This document shows positions 63,152 through 64,000 of a stretch of 64,000 bases of DNA, piece after piece. A model generated the notes under the pieces. It searched no databases. It was not told the DNA's origin and saw only the letters and a list, made by a program, of their open reading frames with translations. Position numbers and translations under genes: made by a program. Source of the DNA: a bacterium. Its GTDB lineage: Bacteria > Acidobacteriota > Blastocatellia > HR10. The stretch is from contig JBEPZV010000006.1 of the NCBI GenBank assembly GCA_041640655.1, positions 1 through 64,000 of the forward strand. Reading direction: 5' to 3'. Each line of letters starts with the position of its first letter. Within the stretch, counting starts at the first letter, position 1.

Positions 63152-64000
63152 ATGCCGAGGACGAGGAAGGACGCACCTGTCGAGCTGGACCGTGAATCTC
63201 TGCGCATCCCTCCGTTCCCAGCTTCGCGAAAGGTGTATATTCGGGGAACGCGGCCGGATGTGCGCGTTCCCGTGCGCGAGGTGACCCTCACGCCCACTTT
63301 GAGTCGCACCGGCGTGCTCCGAGAGAATCCCCCGATCTACCTCTACGACACGACCGGTCCATATACGGACCCGGAAGTCACGGTGAATGTGCGCGAAGGG
63401 CTACCGCCGCTTCGTCTGACCTGGATTCGGGAACGGGGCGACGTGGAAGCCGTCGAGGACCCTCCTCGCCGAAGGGCCTGTCTGGATCGGCTCCCGCTCT
63501 CCTCACGACGTCCGCGCTTACGGGCCAAACCCGGCCATCGCGTCACACAGATGTACTATGCCCGCCGGGGCATCATCACTCCGGAGATGGAGTTCGTCGC
63601 CTTGCGCGAGAACATCTTGCGAGAGATCGCGCGGGAATACCCGCACGCCCGCCCGCCACACCGCGGAGAGCCTTTTGGCGCGTCCTTCCCTCGTGAGATC
63701 ACCCCGGAATTCGTCCGACAGGAAGTCGCTCGCGGCCGCGCCATCATCCCCGCCAACATCAACCACGTGGAACTGGAGCCGATGATCATCGGCCGGAACT
63801 TCCTGGTGAAGATCAATGCCAATATCGGGACCTCGGTCGTCGCCTCCTCCATCGAGGACGAGATCGAGAAGATGCTCTGGGCGATTCGCTGGGGAGCTGA
63901 CACGGTCATGGACCTCTCGACGGGGACGCACATCTACGAGACGCGCGAATGGATCATTCGAAACTCGCCCGTCCCGGTCGGGACAGTCCCCATCTACGAG
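63152..64000 (+). CDS. thiC: Phosphomethylpyrimidine synthase, 3'-truncated by the window and absent from the ORF track
   Basis: Manual translation gives [54 protein letters not shown] and [12 protein letters not shown]. Confidence 0.97.
   Translation, partial: MPRTRKDAPVELDRESLRIPPFPASRKVYIRGTRPDVRVPVREVTLTPTLSRTGVLRENPPIYLYDTTGPYTDPEVTVNVREGLPPLRLTWIRERGDVEAVEDPPRRRACLDRLPLSSRRPRLRAKPGHRVTQMYYARRGIITPEMEFVALRENILREIAREYPHARPPHRGEPFGASFPREITPEFVRQEVARGRAIIPANINHVELEPMIIGRNFLVKINANIGTSVVASSIEDEIEKMLWAIRWGADTVMDLSTGTHIYETREWIIRNSPVPVGTVPIYE

Overview
GC-rich bacterial chromosomal window, mostly housekeeping. Gene content and protein styles suggest a diderm, probably thermophilic member of Acidobacteriota, possibly Blastocatellia; this is inference only. 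Recognisable loci are tRNA-His(GUG), an MNT-HEPN pair, a Lys/Ala-rich histone-H1-like gene, purH, HU, an S8 protease, pssA-psd, rimI-tsaB, mutS-fur-guaA, a TyrA-family dehydrogenase, a SpoIID-like gene, ahcY-metK, xerD, lpxD, parAB, miaB, recN, tolQR-tolA-like-tolB-pal-cpoB, ssb, a glutamate dehydrogenase, uvrA, tlpA-purC-cvpA, an adenosine-specific-kinase-family gene, a Tes-like radical SAM gene and the 5' part of thiC. An 8-gene, ~14.6 kb MoxR/VWA/DUF58/BatA/DUF4159/DUF4175 operon with two protease-fold genes spans 18496-33142. Top observations: (1) a 39-bp (13-codon) palindromic element found in-frame in several genes of that operon, read in two frames, with a flipped loop in one copy, collapsed derivatives and an intergenic relative; (2) a tetraether-synthase (Tes)-like enzyme in a bacterium; (3) the uncharacterised MoxR operon, including a caspase-fold protein lacking the catalytic Cys; (4) a perfect 18-bp palindrome over the start of a consensus HU promoter. 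No CRISPR array, rRNA, IS transposase or prophage was seen.
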